Shown here piece after piece: positions 1 to 7,588 of a DNA stretch of 19,091 bases. Made by a program: the position numbers and the translations under genes. The DNA is from Clostridiaceae bacterium. Its GTDB lineage: Bacteria; Bacillota; Clostridia; Oscillospirales; QAMX01. Every line of letters begins with the position of its first letter. Position 1 is the stretch's first letter. Where the stretch lies: the NCBI GenBank assembly GCA_016297585.1, contig JAEDGJ010000032.1:1-19091 (forward strand), given 5' to 3'. The notes beneath the pieces were generated by a model. That model saw only the letters and a program-made list of their open reading frames with translations. It was not told the DNA's origin and did not search any database.

Positions 1-1285
1 CGTCCTCGTCGGTGTATTCGCAGTCGAGCACCTCGGTATAGCGCTTGCCGAGCTTGAAGATGTGACCGATCTCGATGCCGCGCTCGATCTTCATCGGCTT
101 GCCGCAGACCGGGCAGAGGTCGCCCTCGACGGCGCAGCGCAGGTCGGAGTAGTCGACGACGGTGAAATCGCGGCCGGGGTTGCAGTTTTCGATGTGCACG
201 TCCGTCTCGTTGCCGCCGACGACGATATTGCGCATCGCTTCGATCTCGCTGTCCGCGTAGACCGGCACGGTGAGTCCGACGGGACCCGCAAAGCCGACGA
301 CGGCATGCGTGACCGCCTCGACCGTCGCGGGATCGGCCATTTCGAGCTCGCGGCAGCCGAGATGGTTTTTCAGCTTGACCTCGTTTAAGTCGCGGTCGCC
401 GCGCAGCATCACCGCGACGGGCTTGCCGTCGGCGACGTAGATGAGGGTCTTCGCGACGCGCTCGGCCGGGCAGTGCAGGAATTCGGTGATCTGCGCGATC
501 GTATGCGCGCCGGGCGTCGGAACGCGGCGCAGCGGCAGCTCCTCTTCGGGCGCGGGCGCGGGGACGGGCTTATAGGAGGCCTTTTCCATATTTGCGGCAT
601 AGTGGCAGGCGTCGCAGTAGACGACGTCGTCCTCGCCGATGGCGGAGGGCACCATGAACTCCTGCGAGCCGGAGCCGCCCATCGCGCCGTTGTCGGCGTC
701 GACGCAGAGGAACTTGAGTCCGAGACGCTCGAAGATGCGGTAATAGGCGTCCTTCATCTTCTGATAGCTCTCGTCGAGGCTTCCGAGCGTGGCGTCGAAG
801 CTGTAGGCGTCCTTCATCAGGAACTCCTTGCAGCGGATAAGACCGTAGCGCGGGCGCTTTTCGTCGCGGTACTTGTACTGGATCTGGTAGAGCGTGATGG
901 GGAGCTGTTTATAGGACTTGAGCCACCAGCGGACGAGATCGGTAAAGACCTCCTCGTGCGTGGGGCCGAGCAGGAAGTCGCGGTCGGAGCGGTCCTTCAA
1001 GCGGAACATATCCGCGCCGTAGATGTCCCAGCGGCCGGATTTCTTGTACAGATCGGCCTCGATGAGAGCCGGCATATGCACTTCCAGAGCGCCGGCGCGG
1101 TCCATTTCCTCGCGGACGACCTGTTCGATCTTGCGCAGGACGCGGTAGCCTAAGGGCAGGAAGCTGTAAACGCCGGAGGAAACCTGACGCACGAGAGCGG
1201 CGCGCAGCATGAGGATGTGGCTCTGCGCTTCGGCGTCGGAGGGTAGCTCGCGGATGGTCGGGAGCAGCATGTTGGACATTTTCAT
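1..1285 (-). CDS. proS: Prolyl-tRNA synthetase, N-terminal ~428 codons; the gene continues past the left edge of the window.
   Basis: The reverse complement starting at the ATG (complement of 1283-1285) reads [61 protein letters not shown]...GPTHEEV...[32 protein letters not shown]. This aligns residue-for-residue with bacterial ProRS (E. coli MRTSQYLLSTLKE...), including class II motifs. The reading frame is open to position 1. An RBS, gaagga, sits about 10 nt upstream. Confidence 0.93.
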   Translation of the reverse strand, partial: MKMSNMLLPTIRELPSDAEAQSHILMLRAALVRQVSSGVYSFLPLGYRVLRKIEQVVREEMDRAGALEVHMPALIEADLYKKSGRWDIYGADMFRLKDRSDRDFLLGPTHEEVFTDLVRWWLKSYKQLPITLYQIQYKYRDEKRPRYGLIRCKEFLMKDAYSFDATLGSLDESYQKMKDAYYRIFERLGLKFLCVDADNGAMGGSGSQEFMVPSAIGEDDVVYCDACHYAANMEKASYKPVPAPAPEEELPLRRVPTPGAHTIAQITEFLHCPAERVAKTLIYVADGKPVAVMLRGDRDLNEVKLKNHLGCRELEMADPATVEAVTHAVVGFAGPVGLTVPVYADSEIEAMRNIVVGGNETDVHIENCNPGRDFTVVDYSDLRCAVEGDLCPVCGKPMKIERGIEIGHIFKLGKRYTEVLDCEYTDED

Positions 1286-1394
1286 AGTGTGTTTTTCCTT
1301 CCCGGATCGATTTTGTCAGAGTGCGGGAGCGCGCGTAAAAGATGCGGCAGGACAAAAATGCCCTCTGAAATGGGGATAATCAAAAAATAGTGTC

Positions 1395-1423
1395 TTGACG
1401 AACCTTTATTATTGATGTAGAAT
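1395..1423 (+). promoter_or_regulatory. Sigma-A-type promoter for the exporter operon: -35 TTGACG (1395-1400), 17-nt spacer, -10 TAGAAT (1418-1423).
   Basis: Hexamers and spacing read directly. The promoter lies about 130 nt upstream of the first gene of the plus-strand operon. Confidence 0.55.
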
Positions 1424-1452
1424 ATTATACAGCATGTTCCCTCCCCGCACAA
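1424..1452 (-). promoter_or_regulatory. Candidate proS promoter on the minus strand: -35 TTGTGC (complement of 1447-1452), 17-nt spacer, -10 TATAAT (complement of 1424-1429). It sits back-to-back with the plus-strand promoter.
   Basis: Perfect -10 hexamer and a partial -35 on the reverse complement. About 140 nt of leader precede the proS ATG. Confidence 0.4.
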
Positions 1453-1556
1453 GAGACAATCTACACAAATAATCCCCCGGGCGCCGCGCGCTTTGACGAA
1501 AAAACGGGGCGCGGCAGACCGTTTCCGGGGGAGAGCAAAGCGGAGGTATTTTGGAA

Positions 1557-2771
1557 ATGAAAAAACGAATCGTTCGCGCGGCCGCCCTGTCCGTTGCCGT
1601 CCTCCTGTTCGTCACGCTCTTTTCCGGCTGCTACTTCCTTCCCAAGGAAGAAGAGGTGCTTGAACCGCCGCTGAAGGTGCCGGAAGCGGTTTCCTATAAG
1701 ACGCATACCGTGGAGAAGGGGACCATCGAGCGCTACCTGACCGGAACGGGCAAGTTCGAATCGACGAGCACCGAAATCCTCTATTACAAGACCACAAACG
1801 GCCGCTTAAAGGAGATCTACGTCAAATCCGGCGACGAGGTGCATGCGGGCGACCTGATCGTCGAGCTCGATACGGGCGATCTCGAATATACGATCTATAA
1901 GCAGGAGAAGGCCGTGCGCTCCGCGGAGCTGACGCTGGAGCTCGCGACGAAGAACGCTTCTCCCGATCCGATCGCGGTCGAACGCGCGCAGATCAACTAC
2001 GATCTGGCCGCCAAGGCGCTGCAGAAGACGCGGGACAAGTATAAAAAGGCCGCGGACGCCGACGAAAAGGCGGCGCTTGCGGATGAGGTGTATGCCGGAG
2101 AGCGCAATCTGCGGCTGCTGGAGATGGCGCTCGAGCAGGCGAAGAACCCCGGCGATTCCGCGCAGGCGGAGGTCGAGCGCGCGCAGATCAACTATGACCT
2201 CGCCGCGGCGCAGCTTGACATTTACAGGGCGCAGCTCGAGGAAAGCCGCCTTTACGCCGAGACGGACGGCACCGTCATCTATGTCGCCGACGTCGAGCCG
2301 GGCGACTATATCTCCTCCTACTATGACCTCGTCAAGATCGCCGACGCCGATCACCTGCGCATTACGATGAAGGCCGACGATACCGACGAGCTGAACGTCG
2401 GCACCGAGCTGGAGGTTACATACAAGAGCAAGGACGGCGGCACGGTGATCGGCCGCGTCGTCCAGCTTCCGACGGACGTGCCGGTGACGGCGTCCGAAGC
2501 GGAGCGCACCGCCGTGAAGATCGAGGTCGACGACATCCCCGAGGGCGTCGGCATCGGCGACACGGTGAGCATCAGCCTGCTTCTCGAGCGCAAGGAGGAC
2601 ATCATCGTCCTGCCCATGCGCTATATCAGCACCTATTCCTCGCGCCGGTATGTGCGCGTCCTGAACGACGAGGGCGTACCGGAGGAGAGGGACGTGAAGC
2701 TGGGCATTCAGAGCAACAACGAAGTGGAAATCGTATCCGGCCTTGAAGAAGGCGACGTGATCGTGATCTGA
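1557..2771 (+). CDS. Lipoprotein periplasmic adaptor / membrane-fusion protein (HlyD/MacA/YknX-like) of an ABC exporter.
   Basis: ATG at 1557, with RBS ggaggt at 1542-1547. The track's TTG at 1551 is too close to that RBS. Signal peptide MKKRIVRAAALSVAVLLFVTLFSGC with a lipobox-like LFSGC. Biotin-lipoyl-like segment GKFESTSTEILYYKTTNGRLKEIYVKSGDEVHAGDLIVELDT. Coiled-coil hairpin with an internal ERAQINYDLAA repeat. Beta-barrel segment ETDGTVIYVADVEPGDYISS. Stop TGA at 2769-2771. Confidence 0.85.
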   Translation: MKKRIVRAAALSVAVLLFVTLFSGCYFLPKEEEVLEPPLKVPEAVSYKTHTVEKGTIERYLTGTGKFESTSTEILYYKTTNGRLKEIYVKSGDEVHAGDLIVELDTGDLEYTIYKQEKAVRSAELTLELATKNASPDPIAVERAQINYDLAAKALQKTRDKYKKAADADEKAALADEVYAGERNLRLLEMALEQAKNPGDSAQAEVERAQINYDLAAAQLDIYRAQLEESRLYAETDGTVIYVADVEPGDYISSYYDLVKIADADHLRITMKADDTDELNVGTELEVTYKSKDGGTVIGRVVQLPTDVPVTASEAERTAVKIEVDDIPEGVGIGDTVSISLLLERKEDIIVLPMRYISTYSSRRYVRVLNDEGVPEERDVKLGIQSNNEVEIVSGLEEGDVIVI

Positions 2772-2828
2772 CAGCGAAAACGAGCTGGATCCCGCCGTTT
2801 TTTCGGAAAGAAAGGAGCGAAGCCTTCC

Positions 2829-5654
2829 ATGTGGCAGCTTGTTTTTCGCAAGATAATCAACAACAAATGGATGATGCTCTGCCTGCTCGGCGGCTTTATC
2901 ATCGTAATCGCCATGGTGTCGAGCGTGCCGATCTATACCGACGGCATCCTTCAGTTCATGCTGACGCGGGATATGAAGGATTATCAGACCAAAACCGGGA
3001 AATACCCGGGCCGGTATCAGCTCGATCTGTCCGTCAGCTATGTGGACGGCAGCCGTGTGGACGTGTTCCAATTCTTCCAGCAGAAGCTCGACGACGAGCT
3101 GCTGCCGAAAACCGCCGATATTCCGACGGTCGCCGAAAACCGGACGCTGACCGCGATGAACATGCAGTCCGTCGCGGTGGACGAGGAAAAGCGCTCCTCC
3201 GACCGGACTTTTACGAACGTGATGGCGATGTCGGACCTCGCCGGGCACGTCAAAGTCATCAACGGCCGCATGTTCGAGCCGGGAATCAACGCAAACGGCT
3301 GCTATGAGGTCGTCATCTCCCAGACCGCGCTGGCAAACCTCGGCCTGCAGATGAATACGCCGTATTTTATCTCCATGCTGACGGAAAAGGAAGCGACGGT
3401 CAAGTTTGAGATCGTCGGCATCGTCGAGCAGAGCGATTACGCGGATCCCTACTGGTATACGGCGCTCGGCGCGTTCGGCAAGCATGTCCTGATGGATGAG
3501 CAGACCTTCATCGACGTCTATCTGTCCGACGGTGTCGGCCGCGCGCTGACCGGCGCGACCTGGTTTCTGGCGTTCGATTACTATCAGATCACCGTCGGCG
3601 GTCTGCCCGGCTTCCTGGAGGGCATCGACGCGCAGAAGGACTTCTATAGCCAGTACAAGAACTATCTGAAGCTGAATATGCCGATCTACGACACGCTGGC
3701 GGAGTATTCCGCGCGCTCGGCGCAGCTCCAGAACACGCTGCTCGTCATCCTCGTGCCGCTGCTTGTGATGCTTGCGCTGTACATCTTCATGGTGTCGCAG
3801 CTCATCATCAAGAACGACGAAAACGAGATCTCCCTGCTGCGCTCGCGCGGCGCGTCCTCTTCTCAGATCTTCCTGATCTATCTCTACGAGGGACTGATCG
3901 TCGGAGGCTTGGCGCTTGCCGCGGGACCGCTGCTCGGCTACGGGCTCTGCCGCGTCGTCGGCGCGTCGAACGGCTTTCTGGAATTTGTCCAGAGAACGGC
4001 GCTGCCGCTCAAGCTCGGGAAGACCGCCTATGCCTACTCCGCGCTGGCCGTCGTGCTGTTTTTGCTCACGATGCTGATCCCCGCCTACAGCGCGTCGCGG
4101 ACGACGATCGTCGAGCGCAAGCGCAAGAAATCCCGCTTCTCCGACCAGCCGGTCTGGAAGAAGTTCTTCCTCGACTTCATCACGCTGGGCGTCGCCGTTT
4201 ACGGTTATACCCAGTATGAGCGCTTCAATACGCTGATCGTCCAGTCCGGCACCAGTACGACGGAGCTCAACGTCGACCCGCTGCTGTTCCTCATTTCGTC
4301 GCTGTTCATTCTGGGCTGCGGACTGCTGTTTTTGCGGCTCTATCCCTATCTCATCCGCCTCGTTTTCCTCGCCGGACGGCGCTTCTGGTCGCCGACGATG
4401 TACGCGTCGCTCGTGCAGGTCGGCCGTTCCTCCGGCAGGGAGCAGTTTCTGATGCTGTTCATCATCCTGTCCGTCGCGGTCGGCATCTTCAACGCCAATT
4501 CCGCGCGCACCCTGAACCGGAACATCGAGGACCGGATCTATTACAACGCCGGCGCGGACGTGATCGTGCGTCCGTACTGGCAGAACAACGAGCAGGAGAT
4601 CGCCGACGCGAAGGCGGAAAATCCCAATGCCTCCACGGTGGTGACCTACATCGAGCCGTCGTTCGAGCCGTACCGGAATCTCGAGGGCGTGGAGCATGCC
4701 GCGAAGGTCTTTACGACCGACACCGGCATCGCCCGCCCGTCGCCTGCGACTTCCGGCTCCATTAAGCAGGTCAAGATCATGGGAATCGAGCCGTCCGAGT
4801 TCGGTCAGGTGGCATGGTTCCGCAGCGATCTGCTGCCGCATCACTGGTACAACTATCTGAACCTGCTCGTAGACGCCCCGAAGGCGGCGCTCGTCTCGAG
4901 TTCGCTGCGCGACGCGCTCGGGCTGAAGGTGGGCGACCCCATCTACATCACCTGGGGCTCGCAGCAGGCCGTCGAATGCACGGTTTATGCGTTTGTCGAC
5001 TACTGGCCGTCGTACGATCCCGACAAGCTGAACGGCTGCGTCGTCGTCAACCTCAACTTCCTGCAGACGACGCTCGCCAAGGAGCCGTATCAGGTCTGGA
5101 TGAAGAAGTCCGAGACGGGCACCGACGCGCAGATCAGCCAGTCGATCGAGGACGCGAAAATCGTCGTCGAAAAGGTGACCTACGCGAATCAGTCCCTCAT
5201 CGAGGTCAAAAACGACCCGCTTCTGCAGGGGCTCAACGGTATGCTGACGCTGTCGTTCATCATCACGATGCTCGTGACGGCGATCGGCTTCCTGATCTAC
5301 TGGACGCTGTCGATCAAGGGACGCGCCCTGCAGTTCGGTATCTTCCGTGCGATGGGCATGTCGCTCGGGCGCGTGCTCGGCATCATCGTGGCGGAGCAGG
5401 TGATGATCTCCGCCGTGTCGATCGCGGTGGGCATTATCCTCGGCGGCGTGACGTCGGAGATGTTCGTGCCGATGATGCAGCTCGTCTATGCCGCGTCGCA
5501 TCAGGTGCCGCCGTTTGTGGTTGTCATGCAGCGCTCGGATTACTACAAGATCTACGGGGTGATCGGCTTCATCCTGCTGGCAGGCTTCCTCGTTCTGAGC
5601 CGGATCATCGCGTCGATCAAGATCGATCAGGCGCTGAAGCTGGGCGAGGATTAA
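2829..5654 (+). CDS. ABC transporter permease of MacB/FtsX type, 941 aa, with duplicated FtsX modules and two large extracytoplasmic domains.
   Basis: ATG at 2829; RBS aaaggag at 2811-2817. TM1 WMMLCLLGGFIIVIAMV is followed by an ~250-aa hydrophilic domain. The first FtsX-like block is ISLLRSRGASSSQIFLIYLYEGLIVGGLALAAGPLLG. Additional TMs and a second hydrophilic domain follow. The second FtsX block is LTLSFIITMLVTAIGFLIYWTLSIKGRALQFGIFRAMGMSLGRVLGIIVAEQVMISAVSIAVGIILGG. Stop TAA at 5652-5654. Confidence 0.85.
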   Translation: MWQLVFRKIINNKWMMLCLLGGFIIVIAMVSSVPIYTDGILQFMLTRDMKDYQTKTGKYPGRYQLDLSVSYVDGSRVDVFQFFQQKLDDELLPKTADIPTVAENRTLTAMNMQSVAVDEEKRSSDRTFTNVMAMSDLAGHVKVINGRMFEPGINANGCYEVVISQTALANLGLQMNTPYFISMLTEKEATVKFEIVGIVEQSDYADPYWYTALGAFGKHVLMDEQTFIDVYLSDGVGRALTGATWFLAFDYYQITVGGLPGFLEGIDAQKDFYSQYKNYLKLNMPIYDTLAEYSARSAQLQNTLLVILVPLLVMLALYIFMVSQLIIKNDENEISLLRSRGASSSQIFLIYLYEGLIVGGLALAAGPLLGYGLCRVVGASNGFLEFVQRTALPLKLGKTAYAYSALAVVLFLLTMLIPAYSASRTTIVERKRKKSRFSDQPVWKKFFLDFITLGVAVYGYTQYERFNTLIVQSGTSTTELNVDPLLFLISSLFILGCGLLFLRLYPYLIRLVFLAGRRFWSPTMYASLVQVGRSSGREQFLMLFIILSVAVGIFNANSARTLNRNIEDRIYYNAGADVIVRPYWQNNEQEIADAKAENPNASTVVTYIEPSFEPYRNLEGVEHAAKVFTTDTGIARPSPATSGSIKQVKIMGIEPSEFGQVAWFRSDLLPHHWYNYLNLLVDAPKAALVSSSLRDALGLKVGDPIYITWGSQQAVECTVYAFVDYWPSYDPDKLNGCVVVNLNFLQTTLAKEPYQVWMKKSETGTDAQISQSIEDAKIVVEKVTYANQSLIEVKNDPLLQGLNGMLTLSFIITMLVTAIGFLIYWTLSIKGRALQFGIFRAMGMSLGRVLGIIVAEQVMISAVSIAVGIILGGVTSEMFVPMMQLVYAASHQVPPFVVVMQRSDYYKIYGVIGFILLAGFLVLSRIIASIKIDQALKLGED

Positions 5655-5668
5655 AGGGGGCGAGAAGT

Positions 5669-6346
5669 ATGGCGATTATCACCACCGAAAATGTCTGCCG
5701 CGTCTTCGGCACCGGAAAAGAGAGCGTGCAGGCGCTGAAAAATGTCTCCATCGAGGTGCAGGAGGGGACGCTGACGATGCTCAAAGGGCGCTCCGGCTCC
5801 GGAAAAACGACCCTGATGAACTCGCTCGGCGCGCTCGACTATCCGACCTCCGGCTCCGTCATCTTCGACGGGAAGGACATCACGAAGCTCTCGAACGCGA
5901 AGCGCGACGCGCTGCGCTGCCGGGATATCGGCTTTGTCTTTCAGTCCGTCGCGCTGATCGCGTCGATGTCGGCGTACGAAAACGTCGATTTCGGCATGCG
6001 CATCTCGGGCGTGCCGTATGCCGAGCGGAAAAAGCGCGTCGAGGAATGCCTCAATCTCGTCGGGCTCGGCAAGCGCATGACGCACCGGCCGCACGAGCTT
6101 TCCGGCGGCGAGCAGCAGCGCGTCGCCATCGCCCGCGCCATCGCCCATACGCCGAAGGTGCTGTTCGCCGACGAGCCGACGGCGGAGCTGGATACGCAGA
6201 TGGGCCTGCGCGTCATCGGTATGTTCAAGGACCTCATCCGCGAGCGGGGGCTCACCATCGTCATGACGACGCACGACCCCAACATGATGGAGCTTGCGGA
6301 CCATGTCTATACGCTGGAGGACGGTGAGATCATTGGAGCAGTCTAA
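5669..6346 (+). CDS. ABC transporter ATP-binding protein of the MacB/LolD/FtsE type; ATPase 1 of the exporter.
   Basis: ATG at 5669, 8 nt after RBS aaaggggg. Walker A GRSGSGKTT, Q-loop FQSVALI, signature LSGGEQQRVAIARA, Walker B VLFADEPTAELD, H-loop TTHD. Stop TAA at 6344-6346. Confidence 0.9.
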   Translation: MAIITTENVCRVFGTGKESVQALKNVSIEVQEGTLTMLKGRSGSGKTTLMNSLGALDYPTSGSVIFDGKDITKLSNAKRDALRCRDIGFVFQSVALIASMSAYENVDFGMRISGVPYAERKKRVEECLNLVGLGKRMTHRPHELSGGEQQRVAIARAIAHTPKVLFADEPTAELDTQMGLRVIGMFKDLIRERGLTIVMTTHDPNMMELADHVYTLEDGEIIGAV

Positions 6347-6347
6347 C

Positions 6348-7373
6348 GTGCGCGATACAGGACCGATCATCGTATGCGACAACCTCGTCAAGATCTACAA
6401 GACCGCGGATCTGGAGGTCGTCGCGCTGCAGGGACTCGATCTGGAGGTGCAGCGCGGCGAGCTGATGGCGATCATCGGCAACTCCGGCTCCGGCAAAAGC
6501 ACGCTTCTCAACATGCTCGGCGCGCTGGATAAGCCCTCCGCGGGGCTTCTCGAGGTCGACGGCAAGAATCTGCTGAAGCTCAACGAGAAGCAGATCTTCC
6601 GCTATAAGCGCGAGACCGTGGGCTTTGTCTGGCAGAACAACGCGCGCAACCTGATCCCGTATCTCAACGCCGTGGAGAACGTCGAGATCCCGATGATCAT
6701 CGGCGGCGCGAAGGAAAAACGGGAGCGTGCGGAGGCGCTCATCGAGCTGGTCGGGCTGTCGCACCGCCGGAAGAATAAGCTCCGCGAGCTTTCCGGCGGC
6801 GAGCAGCAGCGCATCGCCATCGCCATCGCGCTGGCCAATCAGCCGAAGATCCTGCTGGCCGACGAGCCGACCGGCGCGGTCGATACCCGCACCGCCAACC
6901 GGATCCTCGAGCTGCTGCGCGCGCTCAACGAGAAGCTCGGCGTCACGGTCATCATCGTGACGCACGACCGGCATCTGTCGAGCATGGTCGACCGCGTCGT
7001 CAACATCCGCGACGGCCGGACGTCGAGCGAGTTCATCCGCCGCTCGTATGCGTCGGATCTGAAGGAGCTCTCGCGCGATCTGCCGCATGTGGAAGCGCCA
7101 GAGGAGAAGACGCACGAGGAATTCGTCGTGCTCGACCGCGTCGGCAGGATGCAGATCCCGAAGGACTTCATGGACGCAAACAACCTAAAGCCCAACGCCC
7201 GGCTCCGGTTCGAATACGAAGACAACCGGCTGATTCTGTCGCCGATGGAGATCGAGACGCCGGCGGAGACGGCTGCGCGCAGCGAAACCGCCGAGGAACC
7301 GGCGGACATTCCCGAGGAACCGGAAAAACCCGCCAAAAAAGGCCTTTTCGGCCGCGCAAAACGCGGAAAGTAA
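6348..7373 (+). CDS. Second, distinct ABC ATP-binding protein with a C-terminal AbrB/SpoVT-like swapped-hairpin domain and an acidic, proline-rich tail.
   Basis: Probable GTG start at 6348, 1 nt after the preceding TAA and 9 nt after GGAG at 6335-6338. The alternative is ATG at 6303. Walker A GNSGSGKST, signature LSGGEQQRIAIAIA, Walker B ILLADEPTGAVD, H-loop VTHD. The C-terminal extension reads EEFVVLDRVGRMQIPKDFMDANNLKPNARLRFEYEDNRLILSPME, then ETPAETAARSETAEEPADIPEEPEKPAKKGLFGRAKRGK. Stop TAA at 7371-7373. Confidence 0.82.
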   Translation: MRDTGPIIVCDNLVKIYKTADLEVVALQGLDLEVQRGELMAIIGNSGSGKSTLLNMLGALDKPSAGLLEVDGKNLLKLNEKQIFRYKRETVGFVWQNNARNLIPYLNAVENVEIPMIIGGAKEKRERAEALIELVGLSHRRKNKLRELSGGEQQRIAIAIALANQPKILLADEPTGAVDTRTANRILELLRALNEKLGVTVIIVTHDRHLSSMVDRVVNIRDGRTSSEFIRRSYASDLKELSRDLPHVEAPEEKTHEEFVVLDRVGRMQIPKDFMDANNLKPNARLRFEYEDNRLILSPMEIETPAETAARSETAEEPADIPEEPEKPAKKGLFGRAKRGK

Positions 7374-7588
7374 GCTCTGAAAGAAAGGAAGTGACAGGCT
7401 TTGGAAACCGCGGACGGAAATCGAAGTAGTAAAATTCCCTTGCGAAGAGAAAATAGCGGTATGCGGCCTGTCCGGACTGTGATCGGGGCTTTATTCGGCG
7501 TGGTCTTTCCGATGCGGAAAGAAACGGAATAAGGTTCCCTCCTTGTCATGCGTTCCGGAGAGCGCCGCGCTGCGGAAAGGATGCAGAC
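7374..7588 (+). promoter_or_regulatory. A 215-nt untranslated leader upstream of mgtE containing a perfect 7-bp hairpin (CTTTCCG atg CGGAAAG at 7505-7521). It is a candidate cis-regulatory RNA, but its class is not recognisable by eye.
   Basis: The interval has no ORF and contains the stem-loop noted. mgtE genes in Firmicutes are commonly preceded by the Mg-sensing M-box riboswitch, but I could not see the canonical GUUAGGUGAGG core in this sequence. Confidence 0.3.

Noticed and set aside
1286-1420. Possible T-box riboswitch leader for proS.
   Set aside because: The proS leader is only ~135 nt and lacks the conserved T-box sequence (AAUUAGGGUGGNACCGCG) and specifier-loop architecture.
1806-5501. 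1231-aa ORF on the minus strand overlapping the adaptor and permease genes.
   Set aside because: The translation is Arg/Asp/His/Gly/Leu-rich low-complexity sequence, typical of the antisense frame of high-GC coding DNA. The plus-strand frame has clear TM helices and FtsX motifs.
4814-6346. 510-aa plus-strand ORF in the track that fuses an out-of-frame read of the permease's 3' half to ATPase 1.
   Set aside because: It is an upstream open-frame extension only. The real ATPase starts at ATG 5669 with a good RBS, and the permease occupies a different frame.
7195-7225. The tRNA T-loop-like string ggttcgaata, and a general scan for tRNA, rRNA and CRISPR repeats.
   Set aside because: The string lies inside the ATPase 2 coding frame and has no surrounding cloverleaf. 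I saw no repeat-spacer arrays or rRNA-like segments.
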